This document shows, piece by piece, positions 18,423 through 28,166 of a stretch of DNA of 64,000 bases. The notes below the pieces were generated by a model. The model was not told the origin of the DNA, did not search any database, and was given only the letters and a program-made list of their open reading frames with translations. A program made the position numbers and the translations under genes. The stretch is taken from assembly GCA_944389515.1 (NCBI GenBank), contig CALXMQ010000002.1, positions 3,233-67,232 of the forward strand. The letters run 5' to 3'. Origin of the DNA: an uncultured Alphaproteobacteria bacterium. Its GTDB lineage: Bacteria > Pseudomonadota > Alphaproteobacteria > Rs-D84. Every line of letters starts with the position of its first letter. Positions within the stretch are counted from its first letter, which is position 1.

Positions 18423-19712
18423 TTATTTTTTTATTGCGGCGTACCATTTTTTCAGGTTTTCCCACACTATATTTATATTTTTCTTGGTCGATTCGTAGAA
18501 CGTTTTCGGAATTTCTACTTTTGCAAACAATGTTTTTACCAGCGCAGGTATCATTGTCATAAACATTGCAACAAATATTCCCATCAACAGAATTGTTATT
18601 ATGCTGTCGTTACGCATCATCAATCCATCCATCAAAATGGTCGCATCATTTTCAGATAATGCCAATGCCAATCTGTCTGCGCCGTCCCATCGGCCAAACA
18701 CAGCATTCAAAAACATGACTGCAAACGTAACAAATACACCAATCAATGCAATGCCGCACGTTGCCTGAATTACATTATCTGTTATATCTTTGATATTGCG
18801 CCCACCATTTGGAAATATTGCCCAGCCACGGAACAACCATGACAACAGCATAAATGGCAACATTATTAAATCCATGGACAGTTTTATAAACACTTCTAAA
18901 AAATATAATGGTATTGGTAATAATGCTGCAAAAAACAATACTAATATCAGTAACCCTGCGAAAAAAATCGGAATATTTGGAAATATTGGAATATTCCACA
19001 ACATTTTATGCATATATTCTTCATTAAATGCCATATTTAACATAGTCCACCCAACAGTCATCCCCAGACCCGTCATTTGATGGACATTTGCAACTTCGCA
19101 TGCCAAATTATGGCGCAATCGTGGCGAAAACGCACCAGATTGTGCCGCATCCACAGATGCCGCGGTTGGATCCGCCAATGCAGTTGCAACAACACAACTG
19201 GCAAATTCGTCATTACCGGCAATAACACGATTCAAAGACAAACCTACATTAAACACAGGTTCAATCACTATATCCGTCAGCATCCGCGGCAATGGCACCG
19301 CCAACAATGCGCCGACAAATGCCAATTTAATAAACTTGGTTCCAAAATCACTGACGATCGACCATGGTTCTTCCAGCTTTGCATTTATAAATCCAGAAAA
19401 CAGTTTCCACGCAAACCATATTGCCATCAACCCAGCAGAAAAAGGTATTATCACCGATCCCAACGCACTGTACACCCGTGGTACCAATCCAGACATCGTT
19501 GCCATAATATCTGCAAACATTTGACAAGACCAACAACTGGTAAAAAAATTCAGCGCATCTGCCATATTTACTGGGGCGGCGGTTCTGTAAATTGAAAATC
19601 CGGCAATAACACCAACGCCGGCGATTGCACCGACGACAAATGGCGCAACAGCACCTGCCGAAAATGGCAAAAATGATAAAAAAACTATCCAGAATTTTTT
19701 TAGTTTGCTCAT
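18423..19712 (-). CDS. Polytopic membrane protein, VirB6/TrbL-like paralog A (429 aa)
   Basis: ORF 18423..19904, with the start moved to MSKLKKFW (cat 19710-19712) so it does not overlap the divergent gene. It has 6 or more TM segments, an N-terminal SCWSCQMF motif, a central ..DLIMLPFMLLSWLFRGW segment and a basic C-terminal tail. Confidence 0.5.
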   Translation of the reverse strand: MSKLKKFWIVFLSFLPFSAGAVAPFVVGAIAGVGVIAGFSIYRTAAPVNMADALNFFTSCWSCQMFADIMATMSGLVPRVYSALGSVIIPFSAGLMAIWFAWKLFSGFINAKLEEPWSIVSDFGTKFIKLAFVGALLAVPLPRMLTDIVIEPVFNVGLSLNRVIAGNDEFASCVVATALADPTAASVDAAQSGAFSPRLRHNLACEVANVHQMTGLGMTVGWTMLNMAFNEEYMHKMLWNIPIFPNIPIFFAGLLILVLFFAALLPIPLYFLEVFIKLSMDLIMLPFMLLSWLFRGWAIFPNGGRNIKDITDNVIQATCGIALIGVFVTFAVMFLNAVFGRWDGADRLALALSENDATILMDGLMMRNDSIITILLMGIFVAMFMTMIPALVKTLFAKVEIPKTFYESTKKNINIVWENLKKWYAAIKK

Positions 19713-19720
19713 CGTTTTTA

Positions 19721-19729
19721 AGTATACCA
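19721..19729 (-). promoter_or_regulatory. Extended -10 element TGGTATACT, 8 nt upstream of the ATG at 19712
   Basis: Plus strand agtatacca at 19721-19729, in the 68-bp divergent intergenic region. Confidence 0.3.
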
Positions 19730-19745
19730 TATTTTGCATTAAATG

Positions 19746-19754
19746 TGATATAAT
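19746..19754 (+). promoter_or_regulatory. Extended -10 element TGATATAAT for the four-gene VirB6-like operon
   Basis: tgatataat at 19746-19754. A GAGAGG SD lies directly before the ATG at 19781. Confidence 0.35.
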
Positions 19755-19780
19755 TGAAAAGATAAAAAATATCAGAGAGG

Positions 19781-21052
19781 ATGATTTTACTAAAACGCGC
19801 AATTTTTTATGTTGCAATGGCAGGTATACTGTTATCGCCAATGTCGGCATATGCCGCAGATGGCAATATTGTTGACGCGTTAAATCTGGCACCATTGATA
19901 CCAACTATTTTAGACGCACTGATGATGGTGGCCAGTGGCGGTTATGATTTTTTTGTCGGTGATGGTAACGGCATTATTTATATTTTAGTTTGGGGATTTT
20001 TAGCCGTATCAATCGCATTATATGCACTGAAAATGTATTTCCCAAAAATGTGGGTTTCGTTTTTTGGGTTTTCTGGCGGCGGCGAAATGGTCGGTGGAAT
20101 TGACGGCATGACTATCGCAACAAATATGCTTAAACCTGCGATACGTGCCATTGTCGCGGTAACAGTGCTGTTGCAATTAAAGCCTGTATATTTAACTGAT
20201 TGGTTGATAAACCCTTTTTTACAATTTGGGGCACTGTATACAGAAAGCATCACAGAAACAATAAATGAATCTGGCATAAATGCACCAAAAATTGATTGTC
20301 CACCGTCCATTATTCAACAAGGCTGGATAAGCCCAGAAAGTTGTGAATTTTTGGTTCAGCCTGTATCTGATTTATCGCATGCAAATAATCAAATTATCAA
20401 GCGTGGATTTGATTTTATAAATTCTGGTTTACGTGGACTGTTGACGTTGATTCCACATGGTGGGGAAAATTTCTTGAATATTATAACTGGGATATTTTTG
20501 GTATTCACATTTGTGGCCAGTAATTTATTTATGGCGCTGCTGATTATCCAGGCGATATTTAATTTCGGCATGGCGTTGGTTTTATACCCGTTCCAGGTTT
20601 TGGCATATGTGGTAAAGCCCAGTGACAAATGGTTGGATGTTTGGCCGGCATTTGGTGGGATTACAAAATCACTGCAAAAAATTGTAATTACCATGATTGC
20701 GTGTGCGTTCATATTATGCGTAAATATCGCAGTTATAAAATCACTGTTTCAATGGAATTCGTCTGTGTTTGTTGTTGCCGCTGGGGGCACCGCTACATCA
20801 AATGTACCAACCGCGGTAAATAACGCATTGGGGTTTGGGCAACATTCTATATTATGGTTGTCATCAATATTGACGTTCTATTTGATGTTTCGCATATTCA
20901 ATTTAACACGCGAACAACTGGATTCATATGTCGGCAAAGGTATGGATAACCTGTATAACCAGGTAAAAAGCGATACAAAAATATTGACAGGGCGCGTTAA
21001 AAGCGTTGGTTCTGCGATTGGCACAGCGATGGGATGGATTAAAAAGAAATGA
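19781..21052 (+). CDS. Polytopic membrane protein, VirB6/TrbL-like paralog B (423 aa, cleavable signal peptide)
   Basis: Signal ..LLSPMSAYA|ADG, multiple TM segments, a central ..MALVLYPFQVLAYVVKPSDKWLDVW segment and the C-terminal tail GWIKKK. ATGA overlap with the next gene. Confidence 0.5.
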   Translation: MILLKRAIFYVAMAGILLSPMSAYAADGNIVDALNLAPLIPTILDALMMVASGGYDFFVGDGNGIIYILVWGFLAVSIALYALKMYFPKMWVSFFGFSGGGEMVGGIDGMTIATNMLKPAIRAIVAVTVLLQLKPVYLTDWLINPFLQFGALYTESITETINESGINAPKIDCPPSIIQQGWISPESCEFLVQPVSDLSHANNQIIKRGFDFINSGLRGLLTLIPHGGENFLNIITGIFLVFTFVASNLFMALLIIQAIFNFGMALVLYPFQVLAYVVKPSDKWLDVWPAFGGITKSLQKIVITMIACAFILCVNIAVIKSLFQWNSSVFVVAAGGTATSNVPTAVNNALGFGQHSILWLSSILTFYLMFRIFNLTREQLDSYVGKGMDNLYNQVKSDTKILTGRVKSVGSAIGTAMGWIKKK

Positions 21053-22254
21053 ACGGGGTTATGAATTCTTTGGTTGATACGTCCGTACAGTGTTGGGGCT
21101 GTCCGGTGTTTGACCGTTTATTTCAAATCGTATCCAATGCAGCAGCGGCGGTATATGACCAATTTGTTATATTCTGTGCAATTTTATTCTGCGTATTATT
21201 TGCATTTTATGTTGTAAATGCAGTATGGAAAAATATGCGTGGTGGTGTCACCGATCCTTTTTATCAAAAATCATTAAAGCCAGTTATTATAAATTCTTTG
21301 GTATCGTTGGCGTTTTTAAGCATGGGGATTTTTCTGCCGCGTTTTATAACAACAGTTACGTTTGAACCAGTGGCAAATATCACATTGATATATACGCACA
21401 GCATGCTGCAAACAGATATTGATACCGTAAATGAAAAAGTCACTTATGTCCCCACAGATATGTCGGACGATGGATTTTTTCGACCAGAATTACGCTACAG
21501 TATCATAATGCTGATGAAAACCACGATAACACAATTTCAGTCTTATATGAAATTAGGTATCGCGGTAATGGACAAAGCCTTTTCACTGAACGCGTTATTG
21601 GGTATTGGTTCATTGATAAAACATATTATACTATTTTTTATCGGACTGTATCTGTTCTATGGATTTTTTAAGTTATTTGTTCGATTCTGTTTTTATTTTG
21701 CAGATATAATTGTTGCGATGACTTTTTTTGCTTTTTTCTTTCCATTATCATTGATATTGGTTGCATTCAAAGGCGCAGATAATGTTCCAAACTGGATATC
21801 TGGACTGGGTAAAAAATTCGGCACAGGCGAATTCAAAAATCTGATAAATGCAATTATCGCGTTGGCGGCGGCTGTACTGACATATACTGTAATCATGGCA
21901 ATCATCGCCAAATTCTTTGCAGCCCCAGGACAAAGTGCATCAGATATTATGGAATTGATTACCAGTGGAAATATCTTTGCCGGCGATTTATCAGATGATA
22001 ACTTGGCGGCGATGACAATCGGCGGATGCGTAATTTTGGTTTACGTGTTAAACTTTATATATGGGCAAATTCCCCAAGTGACATCTATGGTCTTGGATTC
22101 GTTCGGTGTATCTGCCAAGAACGATTTAAGTGAACAGTTGGCCAATGATGCCATGAAATTGACAACAAATATTGTTGATACCGCCAAGAAAATCGGTACA
22201 ACAATTTTGAACGGTGGCAACAAAAAAGACGATAAAGGCAAAGATAAAAAGTGA
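21049..22254 (+). CDS. Polytopic membrane protein, VirB6/TrbL-like paralog C (401 aa)
   Basis: N-terminal QCWGCPVF motif, multiple TM segments, a central ..FFFPLSLILVAFKGADNVPNW segment and a Lys/Asp-rich tail. 4-nt overlaps on both sides. Confidence 0.5.
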   Translation: MNGVMNSLVDTSVQCWGCPVFDRLFQIVSNAAAAVYDQFVIFCAILFCVLFAFYVVNAVWKNMRGGVTDPFYQKSLKPVIINSLVSLAFLSMGIFLPRFITTVTFEPVANITLIYTHSMLQTDIDTVNEKVTYVPTDMSDDGFFRPELRYSIIMLMKTTITQFQSYMKLGIAVMDKAFSLNALLGIGSLIKHIILFFIGLYLFYGFFKLFVRFCFYFADIIVAMTFFAFFFPLSLILVAFKGADNVPNWISGLGKKFGTGEFKNLINAIIALAAAVLTYTVIMAIIAKFFAAPGQSASDIMELITSGNIFAGDLSDDNLAAMTIGGCVILVYVLNFIYGQIPQVTSMVLDSFGVSAKNDLSEQLANDAMKLTTNIVDTAKKIGTTILNGGNKKDDKGKDKK

Positions 22255-23702
22255 AAGCAAAACTGATTATGATTGCCATACAATTTATCATGGGCGCAAT
22301 CGCGTTGGGGTTGGGCGTATGGTATTTGTCATCGTCCATCGGTGGCGCCGCCATTACGTATACCAGCATGGATGGATTTATGCATGCAATCGGCGCAGGC
22401 AGTGGCGATGTCGCAAATGCAAATGGATGTTTTCTGTGCGGATATATTGAACAATTATTTGCTGTTATCGGCAACGCCGCAGAAATGTTCTGGACGGCAA
22501 TGGTTGATAATATTTGGATATTGCTGGCAATCGGATTCGGTTTGTTTTTGTTTATTTATACTGGGCAATATATGTTTGATGTCGCAAAAAAAACAGCGGC
22601 ATTGGATGAATCTGAAAAAAAATTAGAATTACGCGCATGGTTTGATAAAGTCTGGCGCCAAGGTGCACGTGTTTTAATTGTTGGTGCAATGATGGGGGCG
22701 TTGGGTATGGGTGGAACCGCTGCACTGCGCACCGTGGCAAATATTACCATTACGCCTGTATTATTTGTTGGGTCAGAATTATCCATGGCGGCCACAGGCG
22801 TATCAGATGCCGCACAGTGCGCTGGTGGTGCCATGTCCGATGTATCAAATTCTGACGATATATTAAACCCAATACTGCAACCTTTTATGTGCGTAATGGG
22901 CAATATCAACAGTGTTATGTTGGCTGGCGCGGCAGGCGGATTTTCATTGATGAATTATGCCTGGTTGGATTTGGGCGGTGGCGCGTTTACTTGGATTGCC
23001 GGTTTGGCGTTGGTTTTATTGTTCTTGGTCATCGGGTTTGATTTGGTATTCCAGGTTTTATCTGTGGTATTCAAATTAGTATTTTTGATTATATTCTTGC
23101 CATTATTGTTGGCGGCGGCGGCATTTGAACAAACATGGTCTTTGGCCAGTGGCGTTGTAAAAAACGCCATCAATATGTTGGTAAAAACAGCCATCCAGGT
23201 TGTCAGTATAACATTAAAGGTTTTAATCACGTATGCCATTGTCGCATATGCCGCAGACGCATATTTCCCAGGGCCGGTGGATGGTTACAGTGCCATTTTA
23301 CCACCAATGATGGGGCGGCAAATTGAAAATCCAGATGCAGAAACAATGTCTGTAATAAATGTGTTTTCAACGTGCGAAACAGTCGCCACCGTTGACGGTG
23401 AAATGGATGCAGATAAATTCCGTGATTGTTTTACCGCACAAAAAGCAATGGTTGAAAACGAATATCCTGGGGCATTTGATTTTATGCGCGATGGATTCGA
23501 TTTCTTGTTGATGATGATATTTGTGTTTGCATTATACTTTTATGCAATCAAGTCAAAAGTTGATGCAGTATTTGGACTGGACAAGGCCGCATCTGGCGAA
23601 CAATTTAATTTCGGCCAGTGGGCAAAGGATTTAGGTAAAAAAATTTGGAATACACCAAAACAATTATTTGGAATAATATCCAAGGCGGTTGGCAAAGAAT
23701 AA
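22251..23702 (+). CDS. Polytopic membrane protein, VirB6/TrbL-like paralog D (483 aa)
   Basis: GTG start overlapping the upstream TGA. GCFLCGYI motif and a central ..IIFLPLLLAAAAFEQTWSLASG segment, which resembles the GP..(x)..F..T...(x)..W segment I recall in VirB6. Confidence 0.5.
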   Translation: MKAKLIMIAIQFIMGAIALGLGVWYLSSSIGGAAITYTSMDGFMHAIGAGSGDVANANGCFLCGYIEQLFAVIGNAAEMFWTAMVDNIWILLAIGFGLFLFIYTGQYMFDVAKKTAALDESEKKLELRAWFDKVWRQGARVLIVGAMMGALGMGGTAALRTVANITITPVLFVGSELSMAATGVSDAAQCAGGAMSDVSNSDDILNPILQPFMCVMGNINSVMLAGAAGGFSLMNYAWLDLGGGAFTWIAGLALVLLFLVIGFDLVFQVLSVVFKLVFLIIFLPLLLAAAAFEQTWSLASGVVKNAINMLVKTAIQVVSITLKVLITYAIVAYAADAYFPGPVDGYSAILPPMMGRQIENPDAETMSVINVFSTCETVATVDGEMDADKFRDCFTAQKAMVENEYPGAFDFMRDGFDFLLMMIFVFALYFYAIKSKVDAVFGLDKAASGEQFNFGQWAKDLGKKIWNTPKQLFGIISKAVGKE

Positions 23703-25000
23703 TGAATCTGATAAAAAAAATCTTTACCAAAATAACGATTATCGCGATGGCGATACTGATTATCGCGCCTGGGGCATATGCCGCCACCGCCAATGTACCA
23801 ATGACAGAAATTGGCGATTATGGCGATTGGATGACAGACACTAATTCCGCAGAATTTAATATGGCCATCGGAACAGATATGTCCGAATTTCAATCTGAAT
23901 TTCAGACAACCCAACTGGTGCCAGATTATGTACCAATAGAAGCCAAGGTTGGTATCGCACTGATAAACGCATTATCAATGATTGCAGATATATTGGATTC
24001 TTCGTTGGTACGCTTTGCGATAATATTTATGATTTTGGCATATATATTCTGGGTTATGTTCGAAGCATACAATATGATGACCAAGGGTTCCAGCGCACTG
24101 GATTTAACCGTGGATTTAATTAAAAAAGGTGCGGTTATTGCCATATGGTCAATTATATTAGTCCAAGGACCCGCCCAAGTATTTATGTGGATTATGGGGC
24201 CGATTATCAGTGTTGCAACATATATGTCTGATTTAATCTTGGGGGCGGTGACAAATGCATCAGGTGCGGCATTACCAGATACATGCATCGCGATACGCGA
24301 TTATGCGGCAACACATACATCACCAGGCGCGCTGATTGACGCCAATGCCGTGGCAAATATGTTATGTGTTCCAACACGATTATCTGGATTTTTCGTTACT
24401 GCGGTGTCCGCAGGATGGAAATGGATGTTGGCCGGCATTGGGCACAGTGCTTTTACCATGCTGGTTGGTGCGATATTTATTGTGATATTTATTTACAATG
24501 CGTTCAAATTTGCACTGATGGGTTTGGGTGTGATTATGGATTTATTCTTGGGCGTGCTGATGTTACCGTTCACGGCAATCGCAGAAACAATTAAACAAAC
24601 ATCATACAAAGGGATTGTTGGTGATATATTTAATGGATTTTTAGGGCTGTTCAAACCAGAAGCATTATCAAAACAAATTATGCGATTTATAAATGCGGCA
24701 ATATATTTTGTATCATTATCAATCGTGGTTGCATTATGTGCGGCGTTATTGTCATGGACCGTGGATGCAAATTTAGCATCTGAAATCCCCAGCATTGAAA
24801 ACACTGGATTTATGGTAACACTGTTGACAGGCGCATTGGTTGCGTATCTGGCAAACCGGGCCGACAGTATCGCCAAAGATTTAGGCGGCAGCATAGATGA
24901 CAGTTTTGGTAAAAAATTTGGCGATGATGCTAAAAAATTATGGGATAAAACCATTGGATATGGGAAAACAGTGGTTGACGCAATACGAAATAAAAAATAA
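23702..25000 (+). CDS. Polytopic membrane protein, VirB6/TrbL-like paralog E (432 aa, cleavable signal peptide)
   Basis: ORF 23645..25000, with the start moved to MNLIKKIF (TAATG overlap with paralog D). Signal ..IIAPGAYA|ATA and a central ..LGVLMLPFTAIAETIKQ segment. Confidence 0.5.
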   Translation: MNLIKKIFTKITIIAMAILIIAPGAYAATANVPMTEIGDYGDWMTDTNSAEFNMAIGTDMSEFQSEFQTTQLVPDYVPIEAKVGIALINALSMIADILDSSLVRFAIIFMILAYIFWVMFEAYNMMTKGSSALDLTVDLIKKGAVIAIWSIILVQGPAQVFMWIMGPIISVATYMSDLILGAVTNASGAALPDTCIAIRDYAATHTSPGALIDANAVANMLCVPTRLSGFFVTAVSAGWKWMLAGIGHSAFTMLVGAIFIVIFIYNAFKFALMGLGVIMDLFLGVLMLPFTAIAETIKQTSYKGIVGDIFNGFLGLFKPEALSKQIMRFINAAIYFVSLSIVVALCAALLSWTVDANLASEIPSIENTGFMVTLLTGALVAYLANRADSIAKDLGGSIDDSFGKKFGDDAKKLWDKTIGYGKTVVDAIRNKK

Positions 25001-25002
25001 AT

Positions 25003-25028
25003 ATCCGTCACATGACGGATTATTTTTT
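25003..25028. terminator. Bidirectional hairpin terminator between paralog E and the helicase gene
   Basis: ATCCGTC ACAT GACGGAT followed by TATTTTTT, with an A-run upstream. Confidence 0.55.
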
Positions 25029-27156
25029 AATCAACAAATGCAATATATTGACGTGCAACCTTTTTTATTCCACGTGTACGAAATGCGACTGTTAAAATAT
25101 CTTCGTTTTCTTCGATAACAACACCACGCCCCATTTCATCATGTTCTACCAAGCGTCCAACCGCAGATTTATGTTCATGCGTATTGCGGTGCGGATTTGA
25201 TTGATGATAAGATGCGCCCCGTGGCCGATTATACGTATTATACGTATCAGCATTATGCGATACCCCATATGAACGTGGTGTCCCACCCTGGAAATCTAAA
25301 AATTTATTATCCATTTCTGTGATAAATCGACTGGGTGAATTATATTGACGATTACCGAATACCATACGCGACATTGCGTTTATTATTATCGCACGACGAC
25401 GGGCACGCGTAATCGCCACATATGCCAAACGACGTTCTTCTTCTAGTCCCCCAGACTGCACCGCCATATCATTGGGGAAAATGCCTTCTTCCCACGCTGG
25501 CAACAATACTGTATCAAATTCCAAACCTTTGGCGGCATGGATTGTCATTACGCTGACCGCATCAGATGCCGGATTTGCGTCATCAGAATCATTATCATCT
25601 GTCATCATCAATGCCGCATGTTCTAAAAATTCTGGCAAAGTATCGTATTTCGCAATTACATTTGTAATCAGTTCGCGTAAATTATCCAATCGATCATTGG
25701 CATCAACATCACGTGAATCACGCCACATTTGCATATATCCAGAATCTTGTAATAATTTCTGGGCGGCATCCATTGGCGCCATTGACATCCAATCAAAATC
25801 AAACGCCGTTAAAAACACATCCGCCGCCGCACGTTGTTTTCCAGATAATTGCGCATGGCGCATACCATCCATTAAATTATTACCGGCGGCACGTAATTTT
25901 GCAATCGCAGACGGTCCAAAGCCACGACGCGGACGCCCAATTATGCGAACAAAAGAAATATCATCAAATGGGTATACCAATAAACGCAGATATGCAATCG
26001 CATCACGTATTTCTGCACGGTCATAGAATTTTGTCGCACCAATCAATTTATACGGTATACCACGCGCGGTAAATTCTTCTTCGAACAATCGCGACAAAGA
26101 CCCGGCACGAATCAAAATTGCATAATTTGAATACGGTTCATTATCTGATTTACGCATAATTATATCAGATACCAATCGCGCTTCGTCAAAATCAGACGGC
26201 ACCGTCAGAACATATACAGGTTCCCCAGTGGGCGTATTTGGCATTGGACGTAAATCTTTGCCCAGACGCCCTGTATTATGTCGTATCAAAGAATTTGCCG
26301 CGCCCAATATGTTTGGTGTACTGCGATAATTTGTTTCTAATCTAATTATTTGGGCATTTGGAAATGTTTTTTCAAAATTCAAGATATTTTTAATTTCTGC
26401 GCCACGCCATGAATAAATAGACTGATCATCATCACCAACACAACATATATTCGGATTTTCAATCCCACGCGTCAGCATTTGTAAAAATTGCATCTGGGCC
26501 GCATTGGTATCTTGGAATTCATCAACCAAGATATATTTGAATTGTCGTTGATATCGCGCCAAAACGTCTGGGAACGCGTCAAATAATTGTAAAACACGTA
26601 ATATTATATCGCCAAAATCAACCGCACCCAATCGTGCCAATTCTGCGTTATATGCGTTCAATATTTTCAGTGCAACCGCAGATGTTTGTTCATTACTGTG
26701 CAGTCCTTTGTCCTTTATCGCAGAAATCCGTTCCACCCAATCAGATGGATTAAAATCTTTGGCATCCATACCCATATCAGCCAAAACATTTTTCAATACT
26801 GTTTTTTGGTCGTCTTCGCCATAAATTAGGAAATCACGACGCAAACCGGCCGCATCTGAATTAGAACGCAATATACGTAAACAAATCGAGTGAAATGTTC
26901 CACACCATACATCGCCAGCATACCACCCAGAACCATCTGAAAACGTCATCAGACGTGCCTTCATTTCATTTGCGGCCTTGTTCGTAAATGTCAATGCCAA
27001 AACTTGCCATGGTAATGCCAATGCATTATTTAATATATACGCCACACGTGTCGTCAGCACGCGTGTTTTCCCAGTACCAGCCCCCGACAGTACCAATAAT
27101 GGCCCTTCTGTTGTTTCAACGGCTAATTTTTGTTCAGGATTAAGATTTTCTAGCAT
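25027..27156 (-). CDS. uvrD: UvrD/Rep/PcrA-family ATP-dependent DNA helicase
   Basis: ORF 25027..27183, with the start moved to MLENLNPEQKLAV. Motifs GAGTGKT, DEFQDTN, TNYRS and VMTIHAAKGLEFD; C-terminal ..GRGVVIE.. domain. Confidence 0.85.
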   Translation of the reverse strand: MLENLNPEQKLAVETTEGPLLVLSGAGTGKTRVLTTRVAYILNNALALPWQVLALTFTNKAANEMKARLMTFSDGSGWYAGDVWCGTFHSICLRILRSNSDAAGLRRDFLIYGEDDQKTVLKNVLADMGMDAKDFNPSDWVERISAIKDKGLHSNEQTSAVALKILNAYNAELARLGAVDFGDIILRVLQLFDAFPDVLARYQRQFKYILVDEFQDTNAAQMQFLQMLTRGIENPNICCVGDDDQSIYSWRGAEIKNILNFEKTFPNAQIIRLETNYRSTPNILGAANSLIRHNTGRLGKDLRPMPNTPTGEPVYVLTVPSDFDEARLVSDIIMRKSDNEPYSNYAILIRAGSLSRLFEEEFTARGIPYKLIGATKFYDRAEIRDAIAYLRLLVYPFDDISFVRIIGRPRRGFGPSAIAKLRAAGNNLMDGMRHAQLSGKQRAAADVFLTAFDFDWMSMAPMDAAQKLLQDSGYMQMWRDSRDVDANDRLDNLRELITNVIAKYDTLPEFLEHAALMMTDDNDSDDANPASDAVSVMTIHAAKGLEFDTVLLPAWEEGIFPNDMAVQSGGLEEERRLAYVAITRARRRAIIINAMSRMVFGNRQYNSPSRFITEMDNKFLDFQGGTPRSYGVSHNADTYNTYNRPRGASYHQSNPHRNTHEHKSAVGRLVEHDEMGRGVVIEENEDILTVAFRTRGIKKVARQYIAFVD

Positions 27157-27223
27157 TAAATTCACCAACACATTATAATACACAAAGTCGAACTTACAAA
27201 ATCATATTTTATAGGGATGGGAT

Positions 27224-27901
27224 ATGGGGCGTGTTATTTGCTTTGACATTGAAACAACCGGATTGGAATATATGCGCGGTGACCGATGCATTGAAATTGG
27301 CGCGGTTGAAATGATTGATGGTGTAATAACAGACAAAACATTTCATGAATATATCAATCCAGATGGGAAAATTATTCCACCTGATTCGTATATGGTTCAT
27401 AAAATTTCAAATGCGTTCTTAGAAGACAAACCAAAAATGGCGGCGGTTGCGCCACGTTTCTTGGAATTTATTGGTGACAGTCCCATTGTCGCACACAATG
27501 GTTTGGATTTTGACTTTCCGTTTATAAATCACGAATTGCGATTGGTTGGGTTACCTGAAATTCCACGTGCCCAGCAATTTGATTCTATTGTAATCGCACG
27601 AAATCGCGTTTTTGGCCCTAAAAGTTATTCGTTGGACGCATTGGCAAAATGGTACGGAATATCATTGACCGCACGTGCCGATGCACACGGCGCATTGATT
27701 GACGCAGAAATCTTGGCCAAGGTATATAAAGAACTGGAAAACACGGCGCCGGCACCTGATGTTTCTGAAATAATAGAAAAACAGCATGCGGCATTTTTGG
27801 CACATCCAAAAATTGGTGCAAATTTCCCACATCGTGAATTTGCACCACATGCCGACGAATTGGCCGCGCATAACGCATTTATGGAACAAATAAATTCGTA
27901 A
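27224..27901 (+). CDS. dnaQ: DNA polymerase III epsilon subunit (3'-5' exonuclease)
   Basis: ExoI FDIETTGL, ExoII VAHNGLDFDFPF and ExoIII HGALIDAEILAKVY. Confidence 0.85.
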   Translation: MGRVICFDIETTGLEYMRGDRCIEIGAVEMIDGVITDKTFHEYINPDGKIIPPDSYMVHKISNAFLEDKPKMAAVAPRFLEFIGDSPIVAHNGLDFDFPFINHELRLVGLPEIPRAQQFDSIVIARNRVFGPKSYSLDALAKWYGISLTARADAHGALIDAEILAKVYKELENTAPAPDVSEIIEKQHAAFLAHPKIGANFPHREFAPHADELAAHNAFMEQINS

Positions 27902-27914
27902 TGGTTATAAATAA

Positions 27915-28166
27915 CTAATCATCACTTTTGTCCCGAATTGGGCGATATTTGTTATAATTACGCGCCAATAACATCATAAAGCCATTTTGAAATATTCGTT
28001 CCAGTACCTGTGCCGGTATCAGCATTTTCCCACTTTCGTACTTACCAATATACTTGGTGGTTGTACCCAACATGCGTGCTGCATCGCGACGATTTATTCT
28101 TGCGTTTTGTCGTGCGTGTGACAATGCATCACCAAAGTATGCAGAATCTACTAATACTACCCTCAT
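27915..28166 (-). CDS. XRE-family helix-turn-helix transcriptional regulator (83 aa)
   Basis: ORF 27915..28256, with the start moved to MRVVLVD (GGGGGAG SD 5 nt upstream). HTH RRDAARMLGTTTKYIGKYESGK. Confidence 0.65.
   Translation of the reverse strand: MRVVLVDSAYFGDALSHARQNARINRRDAARMLGTTTKYIGKYESGKMLIPAQVLERIFQNGFMMLLARNYNKYRPIRDKSDD

Noticed and set aside
19713-19904. 64-aa N-terminal extension of VirB6-like paralog A
   Set aside because: It would overlap the divergent paralog B start and its promoter. The internal MSKLKKFW start is followed by a hydrophobic N-terminal stretch (FWIVFLSFLPFSAGAV...) and has a -10 box upstream.
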